Origin: the human T2T-CHM13v2.0 reference genome, Homo sapiens
DNA: 64,000 bases
Reading direction: 5' to 3' (one strand)
NCBI RefSeq assembly: GCF_009914755.1
Contig: NC_060931.1
This document shows, piece by piece, positions 26,501 to 41,500 of this stretch. The translations under genes were made by a program, and so were the position numbers. Every line of letters starts with the position of its first letter. The first letter of the stretch is position 1. The notes under the pieces are model-generated. The model was not told the origin of the DNA and ran no database searches. It saw nothing but the letters and a program-made list of their open reading frames with translations.

Positions 26501-29500
26501 CTAAGAAGAGTTCTCAGTAACTTTTTTTTGTTGTGTGTATTCAACTCACAGAGTTGAACCTTGCTTTAGAGAGAGCAGATTTGAAACACTCTTGCTGTGG
26601 CATTTTCAGGTGGAGATTTCAAGCGATTTGAGGACAATTGCAGAAAAGGAAATATCTTCGTATAATAACCAGACAGAATCATTCTCAGAAAGTGCTTTGT
26701 GATGTGTGCGTTCAACTCACAGAGTTTAACCTTTCTTTTCATAGAGGAGTTTGGAAACACACTGTTTGTAAAGTCTGCAAGTGGATTTATGGACCTGTTT
26801 GAGGCCTTCGTTGGAAACGGGATTTCTTCATTGAATGCTAGACGGAAGAATTCTCAGTAAATTCTTTGTGTTGTGTGCATTCAACTCACAGAGTGGAACG
26901 TCCCTTTAGACAGAGCAGATTTGAAACACTCTTTTTGCGGAATTTGCAAGTGGAGATTTCTAGCCATTTGATGCCAACAGTAGAAAGGGAAATATCTTCA
27001 AATAAAAACCAGACAGAATCATTCTCAGAAAATTCTTTGTGATGTGTGCGTTCAACTCACATAGTTTAACCTTTCTTTTCATAGAGCAGTTTGGAAACAC
27101 TCTGTTTGTAAAGTCTGCAAGTGGATATATGGACCGCATTGAGGCCTTCGTTGGAAACGGGATTTCTTCATTTCATGCTAGACAGAAGAATTCTCAGTAA
27201 CTTCTTTGTGCTGTGTGTATTCAACTCACAGAGTGGAACGTCCCTTTGCACAGAGCAGATTTGAAACACTCTTTTTGTGGAGTTTGCAAGTGGAGATTTC
27301 AAGCGATTTGATGCCAACAGTAGAAAAGGAAATATCTTCAAATAAAAACTAGACAGAATCATTCTCAGAAACTACTTTGTGATGTGTGCCTTCAACTCAC
27401 AGAGTTTAACCTTTCTTTTCTTAGAGCAGTTTAGAAACACTCTGCTTGTTACGTCTGCAAGTGGATATTTGGACCTCTTTGAGGCCTTCGTTGCAAACGG
27501 GGTTTCTTCCTTTCATGCTAGACTAAGAAGAGTTCTCAGTAACTTTTTTGTGTTGTGTGTATTCAACTCACAGAGTTGAACCCTGCTTTAGAGAGAGCAG
27601 ATTTGAAACACTCTTGCTGTGGCATTTTCAGGTGGAGATTTCAAGCGATTTGAGGACAATTGCAGAAAAGGAAATATCTTCGTATAATAACCAGACAGAA
27701 TCATTCTCAGAAAGTGCTTTGTGATGTGTGCGTTCAACTCACAGAGTTTAACCTTTCTTTTCATAGAGGAGTTTGGAAACACACTGTTTGTAAAGTCTGC
27801 AAGTGGATATATGGACCTGTTTGAGGCCTTCGTTGGAAACGGGATTTCTTCATTGAATGCTAGACGGAAGAATTCTCAGTAAATTCTTTGTGTTGTGTGC
27901 ATTCAACTCACAGAGTGGAACGTCCCTTTAGACAGAGCAGATTTGAAACACTCTTTTTGCGGAATTTGCAAGTGGAGATTTCTAGCCATTTGATGCCAAC
28001 AGTAGAAAGGGAAATATCTTCAAATAAAAACCAGACAGAATCATTCTCAGAAAATTCTTTGTGATGTGTGCGTTCAACTCACATAGTTTAACCTTTCTTT
28101 TCATAGAGCAGTTTGGAAACACTCTGTTTGTAAAGTCTGCAAGTGGATATATGGACCGCATTGAGGCCTTCGTTGGAAACGGGATTTCTTCATTTCATGC
28201 TAGACAGAAGAATTCTCAGTAACTTCTTTGTGCTGTGTGTATTCAACTCACAGAGTGGAACGTCCCTTTGCACAGAGCAGATTTGAAACACTCTTTTTGT
28301 GGAGTTTGCAAGTGGAGATTTCAAGCGATTTGATGCCAACAGTAGAAAAGGAAATATCTTCAAATAAAAACTAGACAGAATCATTCTCAGAAACTACTTT
28401 GTGATGTGTGCCTTCAACTCACAGAGTTTAACCTTTCTTTTCTTAGAGCAGTTTAGAAACACTCTGCTTGTTATGTCTGCAAGTGGATATTTGGACCTCT
28501 TTGAGGCCTTCGTTGCAAACGGGGTTTCTTCCTTTCATGCTAGACTAAGAAGAGTTCTCAGTAACTTTTTTGTGTTGTGTGTATTCAACTCACAGAGTTG
28601 AACCTTGCTTTAGAGAGAGCAGATTTGAAACACTCTTGCTGTGGCATTTTCAGGTGGAGATTTCAAGCGATTTGAGGACAATTGCAGAAAAGGAAATATC
28701 TTCGTATAATAACCAGACAGAATCATTCTCAGAAAGTGCTTTGTGATGTGTGTGTTCAACTCACAGAGTTTAACCTTTCTTTTCATAGAGGAGTTTGGAA
28801 ACACACTGTTTGTAAAGTCTGCAAGTGGATACATGGACCTGTTTGAGGCCTTCGTTGGAAACGGGATTTCTTCATTGAATGCTAGACGGAAGAATTCTCA
28901 GTAAATTCTTTGTGTTGTGTGCATTCAACTCACAGAGTGGAACGTCCCTTTAGACAGAGCAGATTTGAAACACTCTTTTTGCGGAATTTGCAAGTGGAGA
29001 TTTCTAGCCATTTGATGCCAACAGTAGAAAGGGAAATATCTTCAAATAAAAACCAGACAGAATCATTCTCAGAAAATTCTTTGTGATGTGTGCGTTCAAC
29101 TCACATAGTTTAACCTTTCTTTTCATAGAGCAGTTTGGAAACACTCTGTTTGTAAAGTCTGCAAGTGGATATATGGACCGCATTGAGGCCTTCGTTGGAA
29201 ACGGGATTTCTTCATTTCATGCTAGACAGAAGAATTCTCAGTAACTTCTTTGTGCTGTGTGTATTCAACTCACAGAGTGGAACGTCCCTTTGCACAGAGC
29301 AGATTTGAAACACTCTTTTTGTGGAGTTTGCAAGTGGAGATTTCAAGCGATTTGATGCCAACAGTAGAAAAGGAAATATCTTCAAATAAAAACTAGACAG
29401 AATCATTCTCAGAAACTACTTTGTGATGTGTGCCTTCAACTCACAGAGTTTAACCTTTCTTTTCTTAGAGCAGTTTAGAAACACTCTGCTTGTAATGTCT

Positions 29501-32500
29501 GCAAGTGGATATTTGGACCTCTTTGAGGCCTTCGTTGCAAACGGGGTTTCTTCCTTTCATGCTAGACTAAGAAGAGTTCTCAGTAACTTTTTTGTGTTGT
29601 GTGTATTCAACTCACAGAGTTGAACCTTGCTTTAGAGAGAGCAGATTTGAAACACTCTTGCTGTGGCATTTTCAGGTGGAGATTTCAAGCGATTTGAGGA
29701 CAATTGCAGAAAAGGAAATATCTTCGTATAATAACCAGACAGAATCATTCTCAGAAAGTGCTTTGTGATGTGTGCGTTCAACTCACAGAGTTTAACCTTT
29801 CTTTTCATAGAGGAGTTTGGAAACACACTGTTTGTAAAGTCTGCAAGTGGATATATGGACCTGTTTGAGGCCTTCGTTGGAAACGGGATTTCTTCATTGA
29901 ATGCTAGACGGAAGAATTCTCAGTAAATTCTTTGTGTTGTGTGCATTCAACTCACAGAGTGGAACGTCCCTTTAGACAGAACAGATTTGAAACACTCTTT
30001 TTGCGGAATTTGCAAGTGGAGATTTCTAGCCATTTGATGCCAACAGTAGAAAGGGAAATATCTTCAAATAAAAACCAGACAGAATCATTCTCAGAAAATT
30101 CTTTGTGATGTGTGCGTTCAACTCACATAGTTTAACCTTTCTTTTCATAGAGCAGTTTGGAAACACTCTGTTTGTAAAGTCTGCAAGTGGATATATGGAC
30201 CGCATTGAGGCCTTCGTTGGAAACGGGATTTCTTCATTTCATGCTAGACAGAAGAATTCTCAGTAACTTCTTTGTGCTGTGTGTATTCAACTCACAGAGT
30301 GGAACGTCCCTTTGCACAGAGCAGATTTGAAACACTCTTTTTGTGGAGTTTGCAAGTGGAGATTTCAAGCGATTTGATGCCAACAGTAGAAAAGGAAATA
30401 TCTTCAAATAAAAACTAGACAGAATCATTCTCAGAAACTACTTTGTGATGTGTGCCTTCAACTCACAGAGTTTAACCTTTCTTTTCTTAGAGCAGTTTAG
30501 AAACACTCTGCTTGTTATGTCTGCAAGTGGATATTTGGACCTCTTTGAGGCCTTCGTTGCAAACGGGGTTTCTTCCTTTCATGCTAGACTAAGAAGAGTT
30601 CTCAGTAACTTTTTTTTGTTGTGTGTATTCAACTCACAGAGTTGAACCTTGCTTTAGAGAGAGCAGATTTGAAACACTCTTGCTGTGGCATTTTCAGGTG
30701 GAGATTTCAAGCGATTTGAGGACAATTGCAGAAAAGGAAATATCTTCGTATAATAACCAGACAGAATCATTCTCAGAAAGTGCTTTGTGATGTGTGCGTT
30801 CAACTCACAGAGTTTAACCTTTCTTTTCATAGAGGAGTTTGGAAACACACTGTTTGTAAAGTCTGCAAGTGGATTTATGGACCTGTTTGAGGCCTTCGTT
30901 GGAAACGGGATTTCTTCATTGAATGCTAGACGGAAGAATTCTCAGTAAATTCTTTGTGTTGTGTGCATTCAACTCACAGAGTGGAACGTCCCTTTAGACA
31001 GAGCAGATTTGAAACACTCTTTTTGCGGAATTTGCAAGTGGAGATTTCTAGCCATTTGATGCCAACAGTAGAAAGGGAAATATCTTCAAATAAAAACCAG
31101 ACAGAATCATTCTCAGAAAATTCTTTGTGATGTGTGCGTTCAACTCACATAGTTTAACCTTTCTTTTCATAGAGCAGTTTGGAAACACTCTGTTTGTAAA
31201 GTCTGCAAGTGGATATATGGACCGCATTGAGGCCTTCGTTGGAAACGGGATTTCTTCATTTCATGCTAGACAGAAGAATTCTCAGTAACTTCTTTGTGCT
31301 GTGTGTATTCAACTCACAGAGTGGAACGTCCCTTTGCACAGAGCAGATTTGAAACACTCTTTTTGTGGAGTTTGCAAGTGGAGATTTCAAGCGATTTGAT
31401 GCCAACAGTAGAAAAGGAAATATCTTCAAATAAAAACTAGACAGAATCATTCTCAGAAACTACTTTGTGATGTGTGCCTTCAACTCACAGAGTTTAACCT
31501 TTCTTTTCTTAGAGCAGTTTAGAAACACTCTGCTTGTTACGTCTGCAAGTGGATATTTGGACCTCTTTGAGGCCTTCGTTGCAAACGGGGTTTCTTCCTT
31601 TCATGCTAGACTAAGAAGAGTTCTCAGTAACTTTTTTGTGTTGTGTGTATTCAACTCACAGAGTTGAACCTTGCTTTAGAGAGAGCAGATTTGAAACACT
31701 CTTGCTGTGGCATTTTCAGGTGGAGATTTCAAGCGATTTGAGGACAATTGCAGAAAAGGAAATATCTTCGTATAATAACCAGACAGAATCATTCTCAGAA
31801 AGTGCTTTGTGATGTGTGCGTTCAACTCACAGAGTTTAACCTTTCTTTTCATAGAGGAGTTTGGAAACACACTGTTTGTAAAGTCTGCAAGTGGATATAT
31901 GGACCTGTTTAAGGCCTTCGTTGGAAACGGGATTTCTTCATTGAATGCTAGACGGAAGAATTCTCAGTAAATTCTTTGTGTTGTGTGCATTCAACTCACA
32001 GAGTGGAACGTCCCTTTAGACAGAGCAGATTTGAAACACTCTTTTTGCGGAATTTGCAAGTGGAGATTTCTAGCCATTTGATGCCAACAGTAGAAAGGGA
32101 AATATCTTCAAATAAAAACCAGACAGAATCATTCTCAGAAAATTCTTTGTGATGTGTGCGTTCAACTCACATAGTTTAACCTTTCTTTTCATAGAGCAGT
32201 TTGGAAACACTCTGTTTGTAAAGTCTGCAAGTGGATATATGGACCGCATTGAGGCCTTCGTTGGAAACGGGATTTCTTCATTTCATGCTAGACAGAAGAA
32301 TTCTCAGTAACTTCTTTGTGCTGTGTGTATTCAACTCACAGAGTGGAACGTCCCTTTGCACAGAGCAGATTTGAAACACTCTTTTTGTGGAGTTTGCAAG
32401 TGGAGATTTCAAGCGATTTGATGCCAACAGTAGAAAAGGAAATATCTTCAAATAAAAACTAGACAGAATCATTCTCAGAAACTACTTTGTGATGTGTGCC

Positions 32501-35500
32501 TTCAACTCACAGAGTTTAACCTTTCTTTTCTTAGAGCAGTTTAGAAACACTCTGCTTGTTATGTCTGCAAGTGGATATTTGGACCTCTTTGAGGCCTTCG
32601 TTGCAAACGGGGTTTCTTCCTTTCATGCTAGACTAAGAAGAGTTCTCAGTAACTTTTTTGTGTTGTGTGTATTCAACTCACAGAGTTGAACCTTGCTTTA
32701 GAGAGAGCAGATTTGAAACACTCTTGCTGTGGCATTTTCAGGTGGAGATTTCAAGCGATTTGAGGACAATTGCAGAAAAGGAAATATCTTCGTATAATAA
32801 CCAGACAGAATCATTCTCAGAAAGTGCTTTGTGATGTGTGTGTTCAACTCACAGAGTTTAACCTTTCTTTTCATAGAGGAGTTTGGAAACACACTGTTTG
32901 TAAAGTCTGCAAGTGGATACATGGACCTGTTTGAGGCCTTCGTTGGAAACGGGATTTCTTCATTGAATGCTAGACGGAAGAATTCTCAGTAAATTCTTTG
33001 TGTTGTGTGCATTCAACTCACAGAGTGGAACGTCCCTTTAGACAGAGCAGATTTGAAACACTCTTTTTGCGGAATTTGCAAGTGGAGATTTCTAGCCATT
33101 TGATGCCAACAGTAGAAAGGGAAATATCTTCAAATAAAAACCAGACAGAATCATTCTCAGAAAATTCTTTGTGATGTGTGCGTTCAACTCACATAGTTTA
33201 ACCTTTCTTTTCATAGAGCAGTTTGGAAACACTCTGTTTGTAAAGTCTGCAAGTGGATATATGGACCGCATTGAGGCCTACGTTGGAAACGGGATTTCTT
33301 CATTTCATGCTAGACAGAAGAATTCTCAGTAACTTCTTTGTGCTGTGTGTATTCAACTCACAGAGTGGAACGTCCCTTTGCACAGAGCAGATTTGAAACA
33401 CTCTTTTTGTGGAGTTTGCAAGTGGAGATTTCAAGCGATTTGATGCCAACAGTAGAAAAGGAAATATCTTCAAATAGAAACTAGACAGAATCATTCTCAG
33501 AAACTACTTTGTGATGTGTGCCTTCAACTCACAGAGTTTAACCTTTCTTTTCTTAGAGCAGTTTAGAAACACTCTGCTTGTTATGTCTGCAAGTGGATAT
33601 TTGGACCTCTTTGAGGCCTTCGTTGCAAACGGGGTTTCTTCCTTTCATGCTAGACTAAGAAGAGTTCTCAGTAACTTTTTTGTGTTGTGTGTATTCAACT
33701 CACAGAGTTGAACCTTGCTTTAGAGAGAGCAGATTTGAAACACTCTTGCTGTGGCATTTTCAGGTGGAGATTTCAAGCGATTTGAGGACAATTGCAGAAA
33801 AGGAAATATCTTCGTATAATAACCAGACAGAATCATTCTCAGAAAGTGCTTTGTGATGTGTGCGTTCAACTCACAGAGTTTAACCTTTCTTTTCATAGAG
33901 GAGTTTGGAAACACACTGTTTGTAAAGTCTGCAAGTGGATATATGGACCTGTTTGAGGCCTTCGTTGGAAACGGGATTTCTTCATTGAATGCTAGACGGA
34001 AGAATTCTCAGTAAATTCTTTGTGTTGTGTGCATTCAACTCACAGAGTGGAACGTCCCTTTAGACAGAGCAGATTTGAAACACTCTTTTTGCGGAATTTG
34101 CAAGTGGAGATTTCTAGCCATTTGATGCCAACAGTAGAAAGGGAAATATCTTCAAATAAAAACCAGACAGAATCATTCTCAGAAAATTCTTTGTGATGTG
34201 TGCGTTCAACTCACATAGTTTAACCTTTCTTTTCATAGAGCAGTTTGGAAACACTCTGTTTGTAAAGTCTGCAAGTGGATATATGGACCGCATTGAGGCC
34301 TTCGTTGGAAACGGGATTTCTTCATTTCATGCTAGACAGAAGAATTCTCAGTAACTTCTTTGTGCTGTGTGTATTCAACTCACAGAGTGGAACGTCCCTT
34401 TGCACAGAGCAGATTTGAAACACTCTTTTTGTGGAGTTTGCAAGTGGAGATTTCAAGCGATTTGATGCCAACAGTAGAAAAGGAAATATCTTCAAATAAA
34501 AACTAGACAGAATCATTCTCAGAAACTACTTTGTGATGTGTGCCTTCAACTCACAGAGTTTAACCTTTCTTTTCTTAGAGCAGTTTAGAAACACTCTGCT
34601 TGTAATGTCTGCAAGTGGATATTTGGACCTCTTTGAGGCCTTCGTTGCAAACGGGGTTTCTTCCTTTCATGCTAGACTAAGAAGAGTTCTCAGTAACTTT
34701 TTTGTGTTGTGTGTATTCAACTCACAGAGTTGAACCTTGCTTTAGAGAGAGCAGATTTGAAACACTCTTGCTGTGGCATTTTCAGGTGGAGATTTCAAGC
34801 GATTTGAGGACAATTGCAGAAAAGGAAATATCTTCGTATAATAACCAGACAGAATCATTCTCAGAAAGTGCTTTGTGATGTGTGCGTTCAACTCACAGAG
34901 TTTAACCTTTCTTTTCATAGAGGAGTTTGGAAACACACTGTTTGTAAAGTCTGCAAGTGGATATATGGACCTGTTTGAGGCCTTCGTTGGAAACGGGATT
35001 TCTTCATTGAATGCTAGACGGAAGAATTCTCAGTAAATTCTTTGTGTTGTGTGCATTCAACTCACAGAGTGGAACGTCCCTTTAGACAGAACAGATTTGA
35101 AACACTCTTTTTGCGGAATTTGCAAGTGGAGATTTCTAGCCATTTGATGCCAACAGTAGAAAGGGAAATATCTTCAAATAAAAACCAGACAGAATCATTC
35201 TCAGAAAATTCTTTGTGATGTGTGCGTTCAACTCACATAGTTTAACCTTTCTTTTCATAGAGCAGTTTGGAAACACTCTGTTTGTAAAGTCTGCAAGTGG
35301 ATATATGGACCGCATTGAGGCCTTCGTTGGAAACGGGATTTCTTCATTTCATGCTAGACAGAAGAATTCTCAGTAACTTCTTTGTGCTGTGTGTATTCAA
35401 CTCACAGAGTGGAACGTCCCTTTGCACAGAGCAGATTTGAAACACTCTTTTTGTGGAGTTTGCAAGTGGAGATTTCAAGCGATTTGATGCCAACAGTAGA

Positions 35501-38500
35501 AAAGGAAATATCTTCAAATAAAAACTAGACAGAATCATTCTCAGAAACTACTTTGTGATGTGTGCCTTCAACTCACAGAGTTTAACCTTTCTTTTCTTAG
35601 AGCAGTTTAGAAACACTCTGCTTGTTATGTCTGCAAGTGGATATTTGGACCTCTTTGAGGCCTTCGTTGCAAACGGGGTTTCTTCCTTTCATGCTAGACT
35701 AAGAAGAGTTCTCAGTAACTTTTTTTTGTTGTGTGTATTCAACTCACAGAGTTGAACCTTGCTTTAGAGAGAGCAGATTTGAAACACTCTTGCTGTGGCA
35801 TTTTCAGGTGGAGATTTCAAGCGATTTGAGGACAATTGCAGAAAAGGAAATATCTTCGTATAATAACCAGACAGAATCATTCTCAGAAAGTGCTTTGTGA
35901 TGTGTGCGTTCAACTCACAGAGTTTAACCTTTCTTTTCATAGAGGAGTTTGGAAACACACTGTTTGTAAAGTCTGCAAGTGGATATATGGACCTGTTTGA
36001 GGCCTTCGTTGGAAACGGGATTTCTTCATTGAATGCTAGACGGAAGAATTCTCAGTAAATTCTTTGTGTTGTGTGCATTCAACTCACAGAGTGGAACGTC
36101 CCTTTAGACAGAGCAGATTTGAAACACTCTTTTTGCGGAATTTGCAAGTGGAGATTTCTAGCCATTTGATGCCAACAGTAGAAAGGGAAATATCTTCAAA
36201 TAAAAACCAGACAGAATCATTCTCAGAAAATTCTTTGTGATGTGTGCGTTCAACTCACATAGTTTAACCTTTCTTTTCATAGAGCAGTTTGGAAACACTC
36301 TGTTTGTAAAGTCTGCAAGTGGATATATGGACCGCATTGAGGCCTTCGTTGGAAACGGGATTTCTTCATTTCATGCTAGACAGAAGAATTCTCAGTAACT
36401 TCTTTGTGCTGTGTGTATTCAACTCACAGAGTGGAACGTCCCTTTGCACAGAGCAGATTTGAAACACTCTTTTTGTGGAGTTTGCAAGTGGAGATTTCAA
36501 GCGATTTGATGCCAACAGTAGAAAAGGAAATATCTTCAAATAAAAACTAGACAGAATCATTCTCAGAAACTACTTTGTGATGTGTGCCTTCAACTCACAG
36601 AGTTTAACCTTTCTTTTCTTAGAGCAGTTTAGAAACACTCTGCTTGTTACGTCTGCAAGTGGATATTTGGACCTCTTTGAGGCCTTCGTTGCAAACGGGG
36701 TTTCTTCCTTTCATGCTAGACTAAGAAGAGTTCTCAGTAACTTTTTTGTGTTGTGTGTATTCAACTCACAGAGTTGAACCTTGCTTTAGAGAGAGCAGAT
36801 TTGAAACACTCTTGCTGTGGCATTTTCAGGTGGAGATTTCAAGCGATTTGAGGACAATTGCAGAAAAGGAAATATCTTCGTATAATAACCAGACAGAATC
36901 ATTCTCAGAAAGTGCTTTGTGATGTGTGCGTTCAACTCACAGAGTTTAACCTTTCTTTTCATAGAGGAGTTTGGAAACACACTGTTTGTAAAGTCTGCAA
37001 GTGGATATATGGACCTGTTTAAGGCCTTCGTTGGAAACGGGATTTCTTCATTGAATGCTAGACGGAAGAATTCTCAGTAAATTCTTTGTGTTGTGTGCAT
37101 TCAACTCACAGAGTGGAACGTCCCTTTAGACAGAGCAGATTTGAAACACTCTTTTTGCGGAATTTGCAAGTGGAGATTTCTAGCCATTTGATGCCAACAG
37201 TAGAAAGGGAAATATCTTCAAATAAAAACCAGACAGAATCATTCTCAGAAAATTCTTTGTGATGTGTGCGTTCAACTCACATAGTTTAACCTTTCTTTTC
37301 ATAGAGCAGTTTGGAAACACTCTGTTTGTAAAGTCTGCAAGTGGATATATGGACCGCATTGAGGCCTTCGTTGGAAACGGGATTTCTTCATTTCATGCTA
37401 GACAGAAGAATTCTCAGTAACTTCTTTGTGCTGTGTGTATTCAACTCACAGAGTGGAACGTCCCTTTGCACAGAGCAGATTTGAAACACTCTTTTTGTGG
37501 AGTTTGCAAGTGGAGATTTCAAGCGATTTGATGCCAACAGTAGAAAAGGAAATATCTTCAAATAAAAACTAGACAGAATCATTCTCAGAAACTACTTTGT
37601 GATGTGTGCCTTCAACTCACAGAGTTTAACCTTTCTTTTCTTAGAGCAGTTTAGAAACACTCTGCTTGTTATGTCTGCAAGTGGATATTTGGACCTCTTT
37701 GAGGCCTTCGTTGCAAACGGGGTTTCTTCCTTTCATGCTAGACTAAGAAGAGTTCTCAGTAACTTTTTTGTGTTGTGTGTATTCAACTCACAGAGTTGAA
37801 CCTTGCTTTAGAGAGAGCAGATTTGAAACACTCTTGCTGTGGCATTTTCAGGTGGAGATTTCAAGCGATTTGAGGACAATTGCAGAAAAGGAAATATCTT
37901 CGTATAATAACCAGACAGAATCATTCTCAGAAAGTGCTTTGTGATGTGTGTGTTCAACTCACAGAGTTTAACCTTTCTTTTCATAGAGGAGTTTGGAAAC
38001 ACACTGTTTGTAAAGTCTGCAAGTGGATACATGGACCTGTTTGAGGCCTTCGTTGGAAACGGGATTTCTTCATTGAATGCTAGACGGAAGAATTCTCAGT
38101 AAATTCTTTGTGTTGTGTGCATTCAACTCACAGAGTGGAACGTCCCTTTAGACAGAGCAGATTTGAAACACTCTTTTTGCGGAATTTGCAAGTGGAGATT
38201 TCTAGCCATTTGATGCCAACAGTAGAAAGGGAAATATCTTCAAATAAAAACCAGACAGAATCATTCTCAGAAAATTCTTTGTGATGTGTGCGTTCAACTC
38301 ACATAGTTTAACCTTTCTTTTCATAGAGCAGTTTGGAAACACTCTGTTTGTAAAGTCTGCAAGTGGATATATGGACCGCATTGAGGCCTTCGTTGGAAAC
38401 GGGATTTCTTCATTTCATGCTAGACAGAAGAATTCTCAGTAACTTCTTTGTGCTGTGTGTATTCAACTCACAGAGTGGAACGTCCCTTTGCACAGAGCAG

Positions 38501-41500
38501 ATTTGAAACACTCTTTTTGTGGAGTTTGCAAGTGGAGATTTCAAGCGATTTGATGCCAGCAGTAGAAAAGGAAATATCTTCAAATAGAAACTAGACAGAA
38601 TCATTCTCAGAAACTACTTTGTGATGTGTGCCTTCAACTCACAGAGTTTAACCTTTCTTTTCTTAGAGCAGTTTAGAAACACTCTGCTTGTTATGTCTGC
38701 AAGTGGATATTTGGACCTCTTTGAGGCCTTCGTTGCAAACGGGGTTTCTTCCTTTCATGCTAGACTAAGAAGAGTTCTCAGTAACTTTTTTGTGTTGTGT
38801 GTATTCAACTCACAGAGTTGAACCTTGCTTTAGAGAGAGCAGATTTGAAACACTCTTGCTGTGGCATTTTCAGGTGGAGATTTCAAGCGATTTGAGGACA
38901 ATTGCAGAAAAGGAAATATCTTCGTATAATAACCAGACAGAATCATTCTCAGAAAGTGCTTTGTGATGTGTGCGTTCAACTCACAGAGTTTAACCTTTCT
39001 TTTCATAGAGGAGTTTGGAAACACACTGTTTGTAAAGTCTGCAAGTGGATATATGGACCTGTTTGAGGCCTTCGTTGGAAACGGGATTTCTTCATTGAAT
39101 GCTAGACGGAAGAATTCTCAGTAAATTCTTTGTGTTGTGTGCATTCAACTCACAGAGTGGAACGTCCCTTTAGACAGAGCAGATTTGAAACACTCTTTTT
39201 GCGGAATTTGCAAGTGGAGATTTCTAGCCATTTGATGCCAACAGTAGAAAGGGAAATATCTTCAAATAAAAACCAGACAGAATCATTCTCAGAAAATTCT
39301 TTGTCATGTGTGCGTTCAACTCACATAGTTTAACCTTTCTTTTCATAGAGCAGTTTGGAAACACTCTGTTTGTAAAGTCTGCAAGTGGATATATGGACCG
39401 CATTGAGGCCTTCGTTGGAAACGGGATTTCTTCATTTCATGCTAGACAGAAGAATTCTCAGTAACTTCTTTGTGCTGTGTGTATTCAACTCACAGAGTGG
39501 AACGTCCCTTTGCACAGAGCAGATTTGAAACACTCTTTTTGTGGAGTTTGCAAGTGGAGATTTCAAGCGATTTGATGCCAACAGTAGAAAAGGAAATATC
39601 TTCAAATAAAAACTAGACAGAATCATTCTCAGAAACTACTTTGTGATGTGTGCCTTCAACTCACAGAGTTTAACCTTTCTTTTCTTAGAGCAGTTTAGAA
39701 ACACTCTGCTTGTAATGTCTGCAAGTGGATATTTGGACCTCTTTGAGGCCTTCGTTGCAAACGGGGTTTCTTCCTTTCATGCTAGACTAAGAAGAGTTCT
39801 CAGTAACTTTTTTGTGTTGTGTGTATTCAACTCACAGAGTTGAACCTTGCTTTAGAGAGAGCAGATTTGAAACACTCTTGCTGTGGCATTTTCAGGTGGA
39901 GATTTCAAGCGATTTGAGGACAATTGCAGAAAAGGAAATATCTTCGTATAATAACCAGACAGAATCATTCTCAGAAAGTGCTTTGTGATGTGTGCGTTCA
40001 ACTCACAGAGTTTAACCTTTCTTTTCATAGAGGAGTTTGGAAACACACTGTTTGTAAAGTCTGCAAGTGGATATATGGACCTGTTTGAGGCCTTCGTTGG
40101 AAACGGGATTTCTTCATTGAATGCTAGACGGAAGAATTCTCAGTAAATTCTTTGTGTTGTGTGCATTCAACTCACAGAGTGGAACGTCCCTTTAGACAGA
40201 ACAGATTTGAAACACTCTTTTTGCGGAATTTGCAAGTGGAGATTTCTAGCCATTTGATGCCAACAGTAGAAAGGGAAATATCTTCAAATAAAAACCAGAC
40301 AGAATCATTCTCAGAAAATTCTTTGTGATGTGTGCGTTCAACTCACATAGTTTAACCTTTCTTTTCATAGAGCAGTTTGGAAACACTCTGTTTGTAAAGT
40401 CTGCAAGTGGATATATGGACCGCATTGAGGCCTTCGTTGGAAACGGGATTTCTTCATTTCATGCTAGACAGAAGAATTCTCAGTAACTTCTTTGTGCTGT
40501 GTGTATTCAACTCACAGAGTGGAACGTCCCTTTGCACAGAGCAGATTTGAAACACTCTTTTTGTGGAGTTTGCAAGTGGAGATTTCAAGCGATTTGATGC
40601 CAACAGTAGAAAAGGAAATATCTTCAAATAAAAACTAGACAGAATCATTCTCAGAAACTACTTTGTGATGTGTGCCTTCAACTCACAGAGTTTAACCTTT
40701 CTTTTCTTAGAGCAGTTTAGAAACACTCTGCTTGTTATGTCTGCAAGTGGATATTTGGACCTCTTTGAGGCCTTCGTTGCAAACGGGGTTTCTTCCTTTC
40801 ATGCTAGACTAAGAAGAGTTCTCAGTAACTTTTTTTTGTTGTGTGTATTCAACTCACAGAGTTGAACCTTGCTTTAGAGAGAGCAGATTTGAAACACTCT
40901 TGCTGTGGCATTTTCAGGTGGAGATTTCAAGCGATTTGAGGACAATTGCAGAAAAGGAAATATCTTCGTATAATAACCAGACAGAATCATTCTCAGAAAG
41001 TGCTTTGTGATGTGTGCGTTCAACTCACAGAGTTTAACCTTTCTTTTCATAGAGGAGTTTGGAAACACACTGTTTGTAAAGTCTGCAAGTGGATTTATGG
41101 ACCTGTTTGAGGCCTTCGTTGGAAACGGGATTTCTTCATTGAATGCTAGACGGAAGAATTCTCAGTAAATTCTTTGTGTTGTGTGCATTCAACTCACAGA
41201 GTGGAACGTCCCTTTAGACAGAGCAGATTTGAAACACTCTTTTTGCGGAATTTGCAAGTGGAGATTTCTAGCCATTTGATGCCAACAGTAGAAAGGGAAA
41301 TATCTTCAAATAAAAACCAGACAGAATCATTCTCAGAAAATTCTTTGTGATGTGTGCGTTCAACTCACATAGTTTAACCTTTCTTTTCATAGAGCAGTTT
41401 GGAAACACTCTGTTTGTAAAGTCTGCAAGTGGATATATGGACCGCATTGAGGCCTTCGTTGGAAACGGGATTTCTTCATTTCATGCTAGACAGAAGAATT

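Noticed and set aside
39130-39333. Unique 67-aa ORF
   Set aside because: Created by a single G>C at 39305 that removes a TGA stop in one HOR copy.
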